Of a DNA stretch of 64,000 nt, positions 9,812-21,075 are shown in pieces. Source of the stretch: Candidatus Sumerlaeia bacterium. GTDB taxonomy: Bacteria > Sumerlaeota > Sumerlaeia > SLMS01 > JANRJK01. A program made the translations under genes and the position numbers. How positions within the stretch are numbered: position 1 is the first letter of the stretch; the number at the start of each line of letters is the position of its first letter. The stretch spans positions 96,001 to 160,000 of the forward strand of contig JANRJK010000055.1 in assembly GCA_033764015.1 (NCBI GenBank), written 5' to 3'. The notes beneath the pieces are model-generated. The model was not told where the DNA came from, made no database searches, and was given only the letters and a program-made list of their open reading frames with translations.

Positions 9812-10504
9812 TCACCCCCGCTTATCCCAGGGAGTGTCACGCCAACACGACGCCCCAATCGCGTCTCCGAAGCACCGGCACTGCCCATCAGATAAGCCGT
9901 CAAGGCCTTGAGTCCGGACAACATCAGCGGGAGGCAGGGTGTCCTCCTCATAGAGTCCAATGAAGAGGACGGTCGCCTGCGGTTCTGGTTCCATATCCCC
10001 CACGTCCCTCGCCCCATTATTCTGGTTCTTCGCTTGCTGCGCGAGGTGCTTTTCCCGATCCATTGGGGGTACTTCGCCGGCGAGTGTACGGAGGGCTTCC
10101 ATGACTTCCATTCGGTACCGAATTGGATCCTCGCAGAGCCCCTCGATCTCTTCAAACTCGATTGTGATATACTTCATGCCGGACGACTCGACCGCCTCGG
10201 CGAGAAGCTCGGCGTAACCGCCAAAGTCGAAGCCCGGGTTCATTGCGCAGATGACCTCGCCTGAAGCTCTAAGGTTGGCGAGCGCGTCTTCGACCGTTGC
10301 GACCGGAGCCATCCGGGTCTCCTCATTGTCGCCTTCCCGCAAAGTGAGCGTTTTCATGTCTCCTGGCCGGAAGAGTGCGAACCACAGTGACGGGACGGAG
10401 TACGACTGTTTTGCAATGAGCTGCTCCTTCGACGAGAACGGCTCCCGCCAGGAGGGATACGCTTCCGGATCGTTCGATGCGACCAGATAGGCCCTGTCCG
10501 GCAT
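9812..10504 (-). CDS. hypothetical acidic protein in a lower-GC patch
   Basis: ATG at 10504 preceded by GGAG; 230-aa ORF MPDRAYLVAS...YSVPSLWFALF; codon usage unlike flanks. Confidence 0.7.
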   Translation of the reverse strand: MPDRAYLVASNDPEAYPSWREPFSSKEQLIAKQSYSVPSLWFALFRPGDMKTLTLREGDNEETRMAPVATVEDALANLRASGEVICAMNPGFDFGGYAELLAEAVESSGMKYITIEFEEIEGLCEDPIRYRMEVMEALRTLAGEVPPMDREKHLAQQAKNQNNGARDVGDMEPEPQATVLFIGLYEEDTLPPADVVRTQGLDGLSDGQCRCFGDAIGASCWRDTPWDKRG

Positions 10505-10821
10505 GGCTAGTCTCCAGCATTGGGGTTCAGATTCCGTCGGAGTGCATAGACCCAGTCGGTCGCGATGCAACTGGAATCAACAAACCACCGGTACGAGGGC
10601 TGGGGGGCTGACTAGCCTACCGTAAGTGGAGCAATCGGCGACTTATCGCCCTCGCCCCTCTTGAGCACGAATCGACACCAAGTGACAGCTCGGACGCAGA
10701 CAGGGAGTGGGGCGCAGGGCCGCGGCGGGAGCGGGGAGCGGTTCGCGGCGCAGAAAGCGCCCCGCCCCGCCTCCACCCCGATTCCCCTCGCGCCCCGGCA
10801 CGGGGTCCGCTCTCCTTGATG

Positions 10822-10986
10822 CATCGCTGGGTGCGGGGCTGAGGAGCCCCTGAGACGCGGTGCCGCCGTTGCGCGGTAAGCCGCGGTGCCCTCGAACCTG
10901 TCGGCGCGGTGTCCTCCCGGGACGCAGGCGCCGATCCGGGCCCCCAAGGCGCCCGGACCGGGTCATGCCGGCGCAGGGAAGCGATG
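10822..10986 (+). ncRNA. TPP (THI-box) riboswitch, enlarged variant
   Basis: P1 CATCGCT/AGCGATG; GGGTGC...CTGAGA...GTGCCC; GAACCTG; CCGG-GTCATG-CCGG; CGCAGGGA; directly upstream of thiC. Confidence 0.9.
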
Positions 10987-10991
10987 GTTGA

Positions 10992-13625
<2,634 letters not shown>

Positions 13626-13663
13626 TCTCCCCCGGGCGCGTACGCATCCGGCGCGGTTAGGTC

Positions 13664-13702
13664 CGCGGCGGGCGCGGAGATCTACCGCGGGGAGTAGGGG
13701 CC
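13664..13702 (+). repeat. 39-bp direct repeat, copy 2
   Basis: CGCGGCGGGCGCGGAGATCTACCGCGGGGAGTAGGGGCC. Confidence 0.95.
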
Positions 13703-13729
13703 CGCTTCCTCAGTCCCTTCGGAAGTGAA

Positions 13730-13760
13730 CCGGGCCGGGAGCGCGTGGCTCCCGGCCCGG
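13730..13760. terminator. strong GC hairpin between convergent units
   Basis: CCGGGCCGGGAGC-GCGTG-GCTCCCGGCCCGG, 13-bp perfect stem. Confidence 0.55.
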
Positions 13761-13827
13761 GGGTTCTGGTGGAGTTGTCTGGCCGGGTTGTGGCCAAGCG
13801 CCCGCGGCCCTACGCTAACTGGCCCGC

Positions 13828-15042
13828 TTAGCGGACTGCAAGGACGCGGAACCCAATGTTGGCAAACCGATCCGACGGCGTGATGTCGAAGCGCTGGGCG
13901 GACCGGCACGCACGGGCGAAGGTGTCCCAGCCGCCGCCGCGAAAAACGCGACTCTTGCCAGAACTAGGCCCCGTGGGATCGGAGACGGTGCCCGGATACG
14001 TGCCGTACCAGTCGGAGCACCGTTCCGAGACGTTCCCGTGCATGTCCTGGAGTCCCCAAGCGTTCGGCGGGTTCTGGCCAACCGTCTTGGTCCCGTCCGG
14101 CGAGTTGTTTCCGCAGTACCACATGTTGGTCTCGCGCTCGCCGCCGGTGGCGCAAAACTCATCCGTGCCTAGGCCGTCGCCGAAGTTGAACCGCGTTGTC
14201 GTCCCCGCACGGGCGGCGTATTCCCATTGTGACTCGGTGGGAAGGCTGAAAGTCCCTGGCTCCGTGATCGCGGCGTCGAGCGCCGGCAGCCACGCGGCGA
14301 TATCGTCGTGGGAGACGTTGTGAACCGGCATCGTCCCGCCAACGAAACTCTGATCTTCCGGGAAGGGTTGAAGGGCGGCCCACTGGTCCTGAGTTACCTC
14401 AGTTCTGCCTAGGTAGAAGTCCTGTGTCAGCGTCACCGTGTGTTGCGTTTCGTCCGTGCCGCGCGAGAGTTCATCCTCCGGCGAGCCCATCGTGAACGTC
14501 CCCGCTGGAATACGAATCAGTTCCATGGTTACTAGCGAGGGAGTTGTCTGGAGCGTAATCGTCCACGTGTCCTGATAGAAGTTGGAGAAGGTGGCGGATG
14601 TATTGCTCGGGATGGTGGTTTCTTCCGGTACCGAGACGGTGACGGTTCCCCCCGTCCCGGTGACGACCAGTGTGTAGAACGTGGAAGAGACGGGCGTGAA
14701 GGCGCCCTTGGTGGCACCAGTCACCGTGACGTCGTCAGCCGTGAAACCAGAGACCGCATTGTCGAAGGTGAAGGTCAGAGTTTGCAGGGCGTTGGCAGTA
14801 ACCGCTCCCGCCGGAGTCGTGGAGTCGATCGTCAGTTGGACGGACTCGAAAGCACTCACCACATCCGCCGCATCCATGGCACCGTCGAGATTGAGATCGT
14901 CGGCTGGTTCCACGGAGCCGATCCCCACGAGCCTCTCGGCGAGTTCGTCCGTCGGGGCCGCTGCCAAGGGGTTGTCCAGCAGGTGGGCGAACACGGTGAG
15001 GGCGAAGAGCCCGAGGACTCTGACGCGAAGCGGTTGAGTCAT
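13828..15042 (-). CDS. secreted FGE-sulfatase (SUMF1/CLec-fold) domain protein with dockerin-like and Ig-like modules, paralogue 1
   Basis: Signal peptide; [82 protein letters not shown]. Confidence 0.9.
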   Translation of the reverse strand: MTQPLRVRVLGLFALTVFAHLLDNPLAAAPTDELAERLVGIGSVEPADDLNLDGAMDAADVVSAFESVQLTIDSTTPAGAVTANALQTLTFTFDNAVSGFTADDVTVTGATKGAFTPVSSTFYTLVVTGTGGTVTVSVPEETTIPSNTSATFSNFYQDTWTITLQTTPSLVTMELIRIPAGTFTMGSPEDELSRGTDETQHTVTLTQDFYLGRTEVTQDQWAALQPFPEDQSFVGGTMPVHNVSHDDIAAWLPALDAAITEPGTFSLPTESQWEYAARAGTTTRFNFGDGLGTDEFCATGGERETNMWYCGNNSPDGTKTVGQNPPNAWGLQDMHGNVSERCSDWYGTYPGTVSDPTGPSSGKSRVFRGGGWDTFARACRSAQRFDITPSDRFANIGFRVLAVR

Positions 15043-15112
15043 GGGGGAGGCAATCCGTCGGGTGCTTGAGTGGTCTGGCGAGGCCAAGGCGATGTCGAGA
15101 CCCCTACTTGCC

Positions 15113-15182
15113 GCCCGGCTCAAACAGCAAGGGGAGACCTCGAAGCGGTGGCGATCTCCCTCCGGCCGTCGAACTTCGGGCG
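15113..15182 (-). repeat. conserved ~70-bp structured upstream element, copy 1
   Basis: Nearly identical to 16672-16741; folds as a long imperfect hairpin on the minus strand. Confidence 0.85.
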
Positions 15183-15327
15183 CAAGATCGGAAAGGATCG
15201 GGGCGTGCCCGCGCCGGAGGAGTCCGCCGTGAAGGTTCCCTCGTTGGTACCTGCCACCGATCGCATCCGACGCATCGAAGCCGCCATCCGGCGAGCCGAA
15301 GGTGAAACTCAGACTCTGCTTGGCCGC

Positions 15328-16608
15328 TTAATGGCCAAGTGCCGTTTCCGCCCTGGTGATGACAGGGGGGGAGGGACGGACTCCGAGGACCCGGAACCCG
15401 ATGCCGTCGAACCGGCCCGAGGGGGGATCGTAGGAGCGCACGGCCGATCGGCAGTACTGGGAGATGTTGCCCCATCCGCCGCCGCGGCGCACTCGGTGGG
15501 TTCCCGATCCGGGCCCCACGGGATCTGTGACGGTGCCCGTCGGATACGCCGCATACCAATCCGAGCACCATTCCCACAAGTTGCCGTGCATGTCCCACAG
15601 GCCCCAGGCGTTCGCGGGCTTTTGGCCCACGAGCTGAGTCGAGGAGCCGGCGTTTCCGCAGTACCACATGTTGATCTCACGTCCTCCGCCGGTGGAACAG
15701 TACTCGTCCGTGCTGTAGCCATTGCCAAAGCTGAACCGCGTCGTTGTCCGCGCGCGCGCCGCGTACTCCCACTGCGATTCAGTCGGCAGGCTTAACGTGC
15801 CCGGTTCCGTCACATGGTCGTTGAGCAACTTCATGAAACCCGTCGAGGCATTCATGATATCGTCGTGCGACACGAGGTGAACCGCGCGTGCCTCGCTCCC
15901 CGCGCCTGTTCCGTGCGACTGGCCACCGCTCGGGAAGCTGCCGCAGATCGCCAGCCATTGGGCCTGCGTCACCTCGGTCTTGCCGAGGTAGAAGTCGTGC
16001 GAAATCGTCACTGTGTGCCGCAACTCATCCAATTGGCGCGAACGTTCGTCGTTGGCCGAGCCCATCCTGAAGGTGCCCGCCGGAATCCGGATCAGTTCCA
16101 ACGGCACGGATCCCGGGAGGTTCAGCGTCCAAGTGTCCTGATAGAAGTTGGAGAACGACGCCCCCACACTAGAGGGGCCGACTGCAGAGTCCGCGACCTG
16201 CGCCGTGAAGATCCCCCCGATGCCCTCGACGAGCATCCAGTACAGGTCGCCCTCCCCGCCAAAATCCACTTTGGTCGCCCCCGCGAGGGACACGTCGGAA
16301 TCGGTGAAGCCCTGCACCGGCTGGTCGAACCGAAAGGTCAGTGTCTGGAATCTCTCGGCGCTCACCGCGCCAGCCGGCGTTGTCGAGGTGATCGTCAATT
16401 CCACAACACCCAGCAGAGTACTCACGACGTCCGCCGCATCCACCACACCGTCGGCATTTTGATCGTCGGCCGGTTCCACGGAGCCGATTCCCACGAGTCG
16501 GTCGGCGAGTTCGTCCGCCGGGGTCGCTCCCAAAGGACTACCGAGCAGGTGGGCGAACAGGACGAGGGCGAAGAGGCCAAGGGGATTAACGCGACGCGGT
16601 TGAGTCAT
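15328..16608 (-). CDS. secreted FGE-sulfatase domain protein, paralogue 2 (tandem duplicate)
   Basis: Same architecture as paralogue 1; shared DELA.RLVGIGSVEPADD, FSNFYQDTWT, LPTESQWEYAARA, NMWYCGN. Confidence 0.9.
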   Translation of the reverse strand: MTQPRRVNPLGLFALVLFAHLLGSPLGATPADELADRLVGIGSVEPADDQNADGVVDAADVVSTLLGVVELTITSTTPAGAVSAERFQTLTFRFDQPVQGFTDSDVSLAGATKVDFGGEGDLYWMLVEGIGGIFTAQVADSAVGPSSVGASFSNFYQDTWTLNLPGSVPLELIRIPAGTFRMGSANDERSRQLDELRHTVTISHDFYLGKTEVTQAQWLAICGSFPSGGQSHGTGAGSEARAVHLVSHDDIMNASTGFMKLLNDHVTEPGTLSLPTESQWEYAARARTTTRFSFGNGYSTDEYCSTGGGREINMWYCGNAGSSTQLVGQKPANAWGLWDMHGNLWEWCSDWYAAYPTGTVTDPVGPGSGTHRVRRGGGWGNISQYCRSAVRSYDPPSGRFDGIGFRVLGVRPSPPVITRAETALGH

Positions 16609-16671
16609 GATGAGGCGCTCCCTAGAATGCTTCAGAGGTCTACCAACACCAACGCAGACCTCTTACGCCTA

Positions 16672-16741
16672 GCCCGGCTCAAACAGCAAGGGGAGACCTC
16701 GAAGCGGTGGCGGATCTCCCCTGGCCGTCGAACTTCGGGCG
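16672..16741 (-). repeat. conserved ~70-bp structured upstream element, copy 2
   Basis: GCCCGGCTCAAACAGCAAGGGGAGACCTCGAAGCGGTGGCG...GGCCGTCGAACTTCGGGCG shared with copy 1. Confidence 0.85.
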
Positions 16742-16851
16742 GGCGCAACGCTGCGGCCGCATCGCGCGCAAGGGGTGCCGAGGACGGGTGGGCTTGCACC
16801 GGAGCACTCGCGGGGGCCCGCTTGTCCATACACTTGCACGGAGGCGCCGCG

Positions 16852-17808
16852 ATGCTTGGCATCCGCTATCTGAAGGCCGAGCCCACCACGTTCGTCATGC
16901 GGTACGCGCGGGGCGAGGTGGCGAAGAAGGGCGCCGGGCTGTCGTTCTTCTACTACGCCCCGTCGACCAGCGTGGTGCTGGTGCCGCTCGAAAGCCAGGA
17001 CGTGCCCTTCGCCTTCCAGGAGCTGTCGGCGGACTACCAGCAGCTCACGGTGCAGGGCGCGCTGACGTTCCGCGTGGTGGACCCGGAGCGGCTGGCGTCG
17101 ATCCTCAACTTCTCCGTGAACAGGTTCCAGCGCTACCAGACGAACGACCCGGAGAAGGTGCGCGCGCGCCTGATCAACGTGGTCCAGGAACGCACGCGCA
17201 CGGTGCTGCGGCGCCTCGCGATGCGCGAGGCGGTGATGGCGGGCGACCAGATCGGCGCCGAGGTGATGGCGGCGATGCGCGAGGTCCCGATGCTCCGCGA
17301 GCACGGCCTCGGCGTGATCGGGCTCACCATCGCGCACGTCAGCGCGACCCCGGAGATGACCCGCGCGCTCGAAGCGGAGGCCCGCGAGGAACTGCAGCGC
17401 AAGGCGGACGAGGCTGTGTACGCGCGCCGCAACGCGGCGGTCGAGCAGGAGCGCCGCATCAAGGATTCGGAAATGGCCACGGAGATAATGGTCGAGGAGA
17501 AGAAGCGCCAGATCCGCGAGACGCAGATCGCCGCCGACATCGCGGTCGAGGAGCAGCGCGCCCGCCTGCTCGAAATGCAGAGCCGGAACGACCGCGAGGC
17601 CGCCGACACGCGCGCCTACGCGCTCGAGGCGGCGCTGAAGCCGCTGCGCGCCACGGACTGGAGGACGCTGGTCGCCGCGAACGGAGCCGATCCGCAGACG
17701 ATGATCGCGCTCGCCTTCCGCGACATGGCCGACAACGCCGGCAGGATCGGCGAGCTCAACATCACGTCCGAGCTGCTGACCTCGCTGCTCCGCAAGCCGA
17801 AGGGTTGA
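16852..17808 (+). CDS. SPFH/Band-7 domain protein (NrtX-like)
   Basis: GGAGG SD; GAGLSFFYYAP, T(V)QGALTFRVVDP, coiled-coil EAEARE..QRKADEA.YARRNAAVEQERRIK. Confidence 0.85.
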   Translation: MLGIRYLKAEPTTFVMRYARGEVAKKGAGLSFFYYAPSTSVVLVPLESQDVPFAFQELSADYQQLTVQGALTFRVVDPERLASILNFSVNRFQRYQTNDPEKVRARLINVVQERTRTVLRRLAMREAVMAGDQIGAEVMAAMREVPMLREHGLGVIGLTIAHVSATPEMTRALEAEAREELQRKADEAVYARRNAAVEQERRIKDSEMATEIMVEEKKRQIRETQIAADIAVEEQRARLLEMQSRNDREAADTRAYALEAALKPLRATDWRTLVAANGADPQTMIALAFRDMADNAGRIGELNITSELLTSLLRKPKG

Positions 17809-17843
17809 CCGCGCCGACGGGCGCGCGCCGGGGGGCTCCGGGC

Positions 17844-18806
17844 ATGGGTCGCGACATCGAGAAGGTGGTGGTCGTCACGCGGCGCACGCGGCTGCAGCTC
17901 CTCGAGGAGCGCTACGCCACGCGCGAGCAGGCGCGCTTCGTCCTCACGCGGGGGGCGGAGCTGCGCGCCGGCACCGCGGACGGATCGGGGCGCGACCCGT
18001 CCCGGGACTTCGAGGACCTCGAAGCGGAGCACGCCACCTACCAGGAGGCGGTCGAGCGCGTCCTCGGGCAGATGGATCCCGCGCTCAAGGTGCAGGTGCT
18101 CGACCGCGCGCTCGTGCCGACGTTCCTCTTCACCGAGCGCGACGCCATCGTGGCGCTCGGCCAGGACGGCTTGGTGGCGAACGTCGCCAAGTACACTGGT
18201 GCGCAACCCATCATCGGCGTGAACCCGGACCCGGCCCGGATCGACGGCGTGCTGCTGCCGTTCCATGCGGGGGAGGTGGGGACCGTCCTCGCCGCGGTGC
18301 GGCGGCGCACGGCGCGCGTGCGCGAGGTGACGCTCGCGGAGGCGGTCCTCGACGACGGGCAGCGGATGCGCGCCTTCAACGAGCTGTTCATCGGCGCCAG
18401 CACCCACGTCTCCGCGCGCTACCGGATCCGCCACCACGGGTACGGCGAGGCGCAAAGCTCGAGCGGCGTGCTCGTCTGCACCGGCGCGGGGAGCACCGGC
18501 TGGCTTTCCAGCGTCTACACCATGGCGGGCGCGATCACGGGGACCGAGGCGCCGCGGGGCGTGCACCCGTGGGAGGACCAGGGGCTCACCTTCGTCGTGC
18601 GCGAGCCCTTCGTCAGCAAGACCTCCGGCGCGCAGGTCGTGTTCGGCCGCGTGATGCCGGGCGAGGCGCTCGTGGTCGAGTCGATGATGGCGGGGGAGGG
18701 CGTGATCTTCAGCGACGGGATCGAGAAGGACTTCTGCGCGTTTCCTTCGGGGCGCGTCGCCACGGTCGCGGCGGCGCCGGAGCGCGCGCGGCTGGTCGTG
18801 CGCTAG
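17844..18806 (+). CDS. NAD kinase-like protein (NrtY-like)
   Basis: LGQDGLVANVAKY, IGVNPDP, AFNELFIG, QSSSGVLVCTGAGSTGW, FVVREPF, IFSDGIE. Confidence 0.85.
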   Translation: MGRDIEKVVVVTRRTRLQLLEERYATREQARFVLTRGAELRAGTADGSGRDPSRDFEDLEAEHATYQEAVERVLGQMDPALKVQVLDRALVPTFLFTERDAIVALGQDGLVANVAKYTGAQPIIGVNPDPARIDGVLLPFHAGEVGTVLAAVRRRTARVREVTLAEAVLDDGQRMRAFNELFIGASTHVSARYRIRHHGYGEAQSSSGVLVCTGAGSTGWLSSVYTMAGAITGTEAPRGVHPWEDQGLTFVVREPFVSKTSGAQVVFGRVMPGEALVVESMMAGEGVIFSDGIEKDFCAFPSGRVATVAAAPERARLVVR

Positions 18807-18817
18807 CGCGCGGCCCG

Positions 18818-19918
18818 CTACTCCGCGAGGCGCAGCTCCACGCGGCGGTTCAGGCGCCTTCCGGCGGCGGTGGCGTTGTCGGCGACGGGATCGTGGTAGG
18901 CGCGCGACGCGGCGCCGATGCGCTCCGGCGCGACGCCCGGCTGCGTCGAGAGCCAGCGGGCCACCTCGAGGGCGCGCTCCGCGGCGAGCTCCCAGTTGTC
19001 CGCGTAGGGCAGGCGCCCGATCGGCTGGCTGTCGGTGTGGCCGACCACCTCGACGCGGGTCGCGGGGCGCGCCCTCAGGAACTCGGCGATTTCGCGGAGC
19101 CTGCGCAGTCCGGTGTCCGAGAGCCGCGTGGTGGCAGGCTCGAAGAGGTCGTCGGACAGCAGCGTGACGGTTGCCGCGCCATCTTTGGTGCCGGTGATGC
19201 TCGAGAACTCCGGGAGCGCGGTCTTGATGGCCGCGCGGAGGGCTTCCGGATCGCCCGCGGCGGGCTTGGCGGCCTCCGCGGCCAGCCGCTCCTCGAGCGA
19301 CTTCTTCTCCGACTCGGCGGTCGCGACGACGCCCTTCAGGGTGGAGAGCTCCGCCTCGAGGGAGGCGATGCGCGCGGAGGACTCGGCGGCGGCCTTCTTG
19401 AGCGCGGTCACCTCGGCGCGGAACGCGTCGCGCTCCCCCTGCGCGAGCGCGAGGTCGCGGCGGGCGGCGTCGCTCCCTCCGGCGGCGGAATCGAGGCGGC
19501 GCTGCAGGTCCTCCTTCGCGCGGCGCTCCTCCGCGAGCCGCTCCTCGGCGTCCACGGCGCGCAGTTCCGTCGAGGCGAGGCGGGCGCTGAGCTCCTCCGC
19601 CTCGCGCTGGCGCGCCGCGAGGTCGTCGAGCGAAGTGCCCGGCGCGGGGGCCGAGGCGGGGGGCTGCGAAAGCTGGGCGACGGTGCCGCGGAGGCGCCCC
19701 GTCTGCGCGTCGAGCTGGGCGGCGCGCTGTTCCGCGGAGGCGAGCGCCGCGCGGGTCTCCTCGTGGCCCTGGCGCTCGACGTTCAGCTCCTGCGTGAGCA
19801 TGTCGACCCGGGTCGCGAGCATGTTGCGCTCGTCGCGCAGCGCGCGGGCCTGGAGGAAGCAGCCGGACTGGAGCGCGGCGGCGGCGAGAAGGGCGGCGGG
19901 GAGCAGGCGTCGGAGCAC
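18818..19918 (-). CDS. lipoprotein with long coiled coil and OmpA/MotB-like peptidoglycan-binding domain
   Basis: GAGGAGG SD then GTG; lipobox-like LQSGC; VVGHTD, NWELAAERA, NRRVEL. Confidence 0.85.
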   Translation of the reverse strand: MLRRLLPAALLAAAALQSGCFLQARALRDERNMLATRVDMLTQELNVERQGHEETRAALASAEQRAAQLDAQTGRLRGTVAQLSQPPASAPAPGTSLDDLAARQREAEELSARLASTELRAVDAEERLAEERRAKEDLQRRLDSAAGGSDAARRDLALAQGERDAFRAEVTALKKAAAESSARIASLEAELSTLKGVVATAESEKKSLEERLAAEAAKPAAGDPEALRAAIKTALPEFSSITGTKDGAATVTLLSDDLFEPATTRLSDTGLRRLREIAEFLRARPATRVEVVGHTDSQPIGRLPYADNWELAAERALEVARWLSTQPGVAPERIGAASRAYHDPVADNATAAGRRLNRRVELRLAE

Positions 19919-19949
19919 GGGCGGTGCCTCCTCGGGGGCGCGCGCGGAG

Positions 19950-21065
19950 CTAGCGCGGCGGGGTGTCGGCGCGGCGGCGGCTGACGCGCTCGGCGCGGTG
20001 CAGAACGGCGAACAGCAGCGCGATCGAGGCGGTCTGCAGCAGGCCGTGGCGCCAATCGAGTTGCCGCAGCGCCACCGCTGCAAGGCCAACCGCGAGGGCC
20101 ACCGCGTATAGCACCACCGCCGCCTCGCGCCGCGAGAAACCCAGCGCCACCAGCCGGTGCGAGATGTGGTTCGTGTCCCCTTCGGTGAGCTTCCTCCCCG
20201 TCCGCCACCGGATCCAGAGCACCGTCGAAAGGTCGAACAGCGGCACCGCCAGCACCAGCGCCGGCATCAGGATCGGGAGCCGGCTCGGCACGCCCTCCTC
20301 GTAGTACGTCGCGAGGCACGTCAGCATCGCGAACAGGTACCCGAGGTGCGTGCTGCCGTTGTCGCCGAGGAAGATCCCCCCGCGCAGGAAGTTCACCCGC
20401 CAGAAGCCCACCACGGAGCCGGCCAGCAGCGCGAACACCGCGGCCATGTACCACTCGCGGGCGAGCGCGGAAACGAGCGCCAGCACCGCGGCGCAGACGA
20501 TCGCGAGTCCGCTCGTCACGCCGTTCATGTTGTCCAGGAAGTTGAAGCTGTTCGTCAGCGCCAGCACCCACACCACGGTGGCGGCCCAGCCGAAGGGGGC
20601 CGGAAGGAACAGGTTGAGGTGGATGCCCGCGAGGATCGGCGGCACGCAGGCGAGGATCTGCGCCGCGAGCCGGAACCGGGGCGACAGACCGGCGCGGTCG
20701 TCCCAGGCGCCGACGGCGAAGATGATGGCGGCGCCGGCGAAGAGCGCCGCGAGCTGCGGCAGCTTACCCCCCGCGTTCGCCGCCAGCGCGCGCGCCTGCT
20801 CCGGCAGGAACTCCAGATGCGGCGCCAGATGGACCGCGAGCGCGGCGTCGAGCCAAAGGCATCCCCAGAACGCTGCGAAGATCGCGAGGCCGCCGCTGCG
20901 GGGCGTCGGCTCCCGGTGGATCTTGCGCTCGAGCGTCGGGTGGTCCACCAGCCCGAGCCGGCGCCCGAGCACCCGCGCCGCGGGAAGCAGGATCGCGCCC
21001 GCGAGGGCGGCCTGGAGGAAGGCCGCGCCGGCGAGCAGCCAGAAGGCCAGCGCGGGATCGGTCAA
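19950..21065 (-). CDS. WecA/MraY-family polyprenyl-phosphate N-acetylhexosamine-1-phosphate transferase
   Basis: RKIH..PTPRSGG, GAWDD, TNSFNFLDNMNG, FLGDNGS, DTNHISHRL. Confidence 0.9.
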   Translation of the reverse strand: MTDPALAFWLLAGAAFLQAALAGAILLPAARVLGRRLGLVDHPTLERKIHREPTPRSGGLAIFAAFWGCLWLDAALAVHLAPHLEFLPEQARALAANAGGKLPQLAALFAGAAIIFAVGAWDDRAGLSPRFRLAAQILACVPPILAGIHLNLFLPAPFGWAATVVWVLALTNSFNFLDNMNGVTSGLAIVCAAVLALVSALAREWYMAAVFALLAGSVVGFWRVNFLRGGIFLGDNGSTHLGYLFAMLTCLATYYEEGVPSRLPILMPALVLAVPLFDLSTVLWIRWRTGRKLTEGDTNHISHRLVALGFSRREAAVVLYAVALAVGLAAVALRQLDWRHGLLQTASIALLFAVLHRAERVSRRRADTPPR

Positions 21066-21075
21066 CGCGGCGCTG

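Noticed and set aside
15113..15182. Integron attC interpretation of the 70-nt hairpin
   Set aside because: Ends lack RYYYAAC/GTTRRRY boxes and no integrase is present; kept only as an unexplained structured repeat
13700..16850. Complete diversity-generating retroelement
   Set aside because: No reverse transcriptase, Avd-like gene or AAC-rich template repeat seen in the window
16800..16851. NrtR operator upstream of the SPFH gene
   Set aside because: No convincing AT-rich palindrome with the GT-N7-AC core
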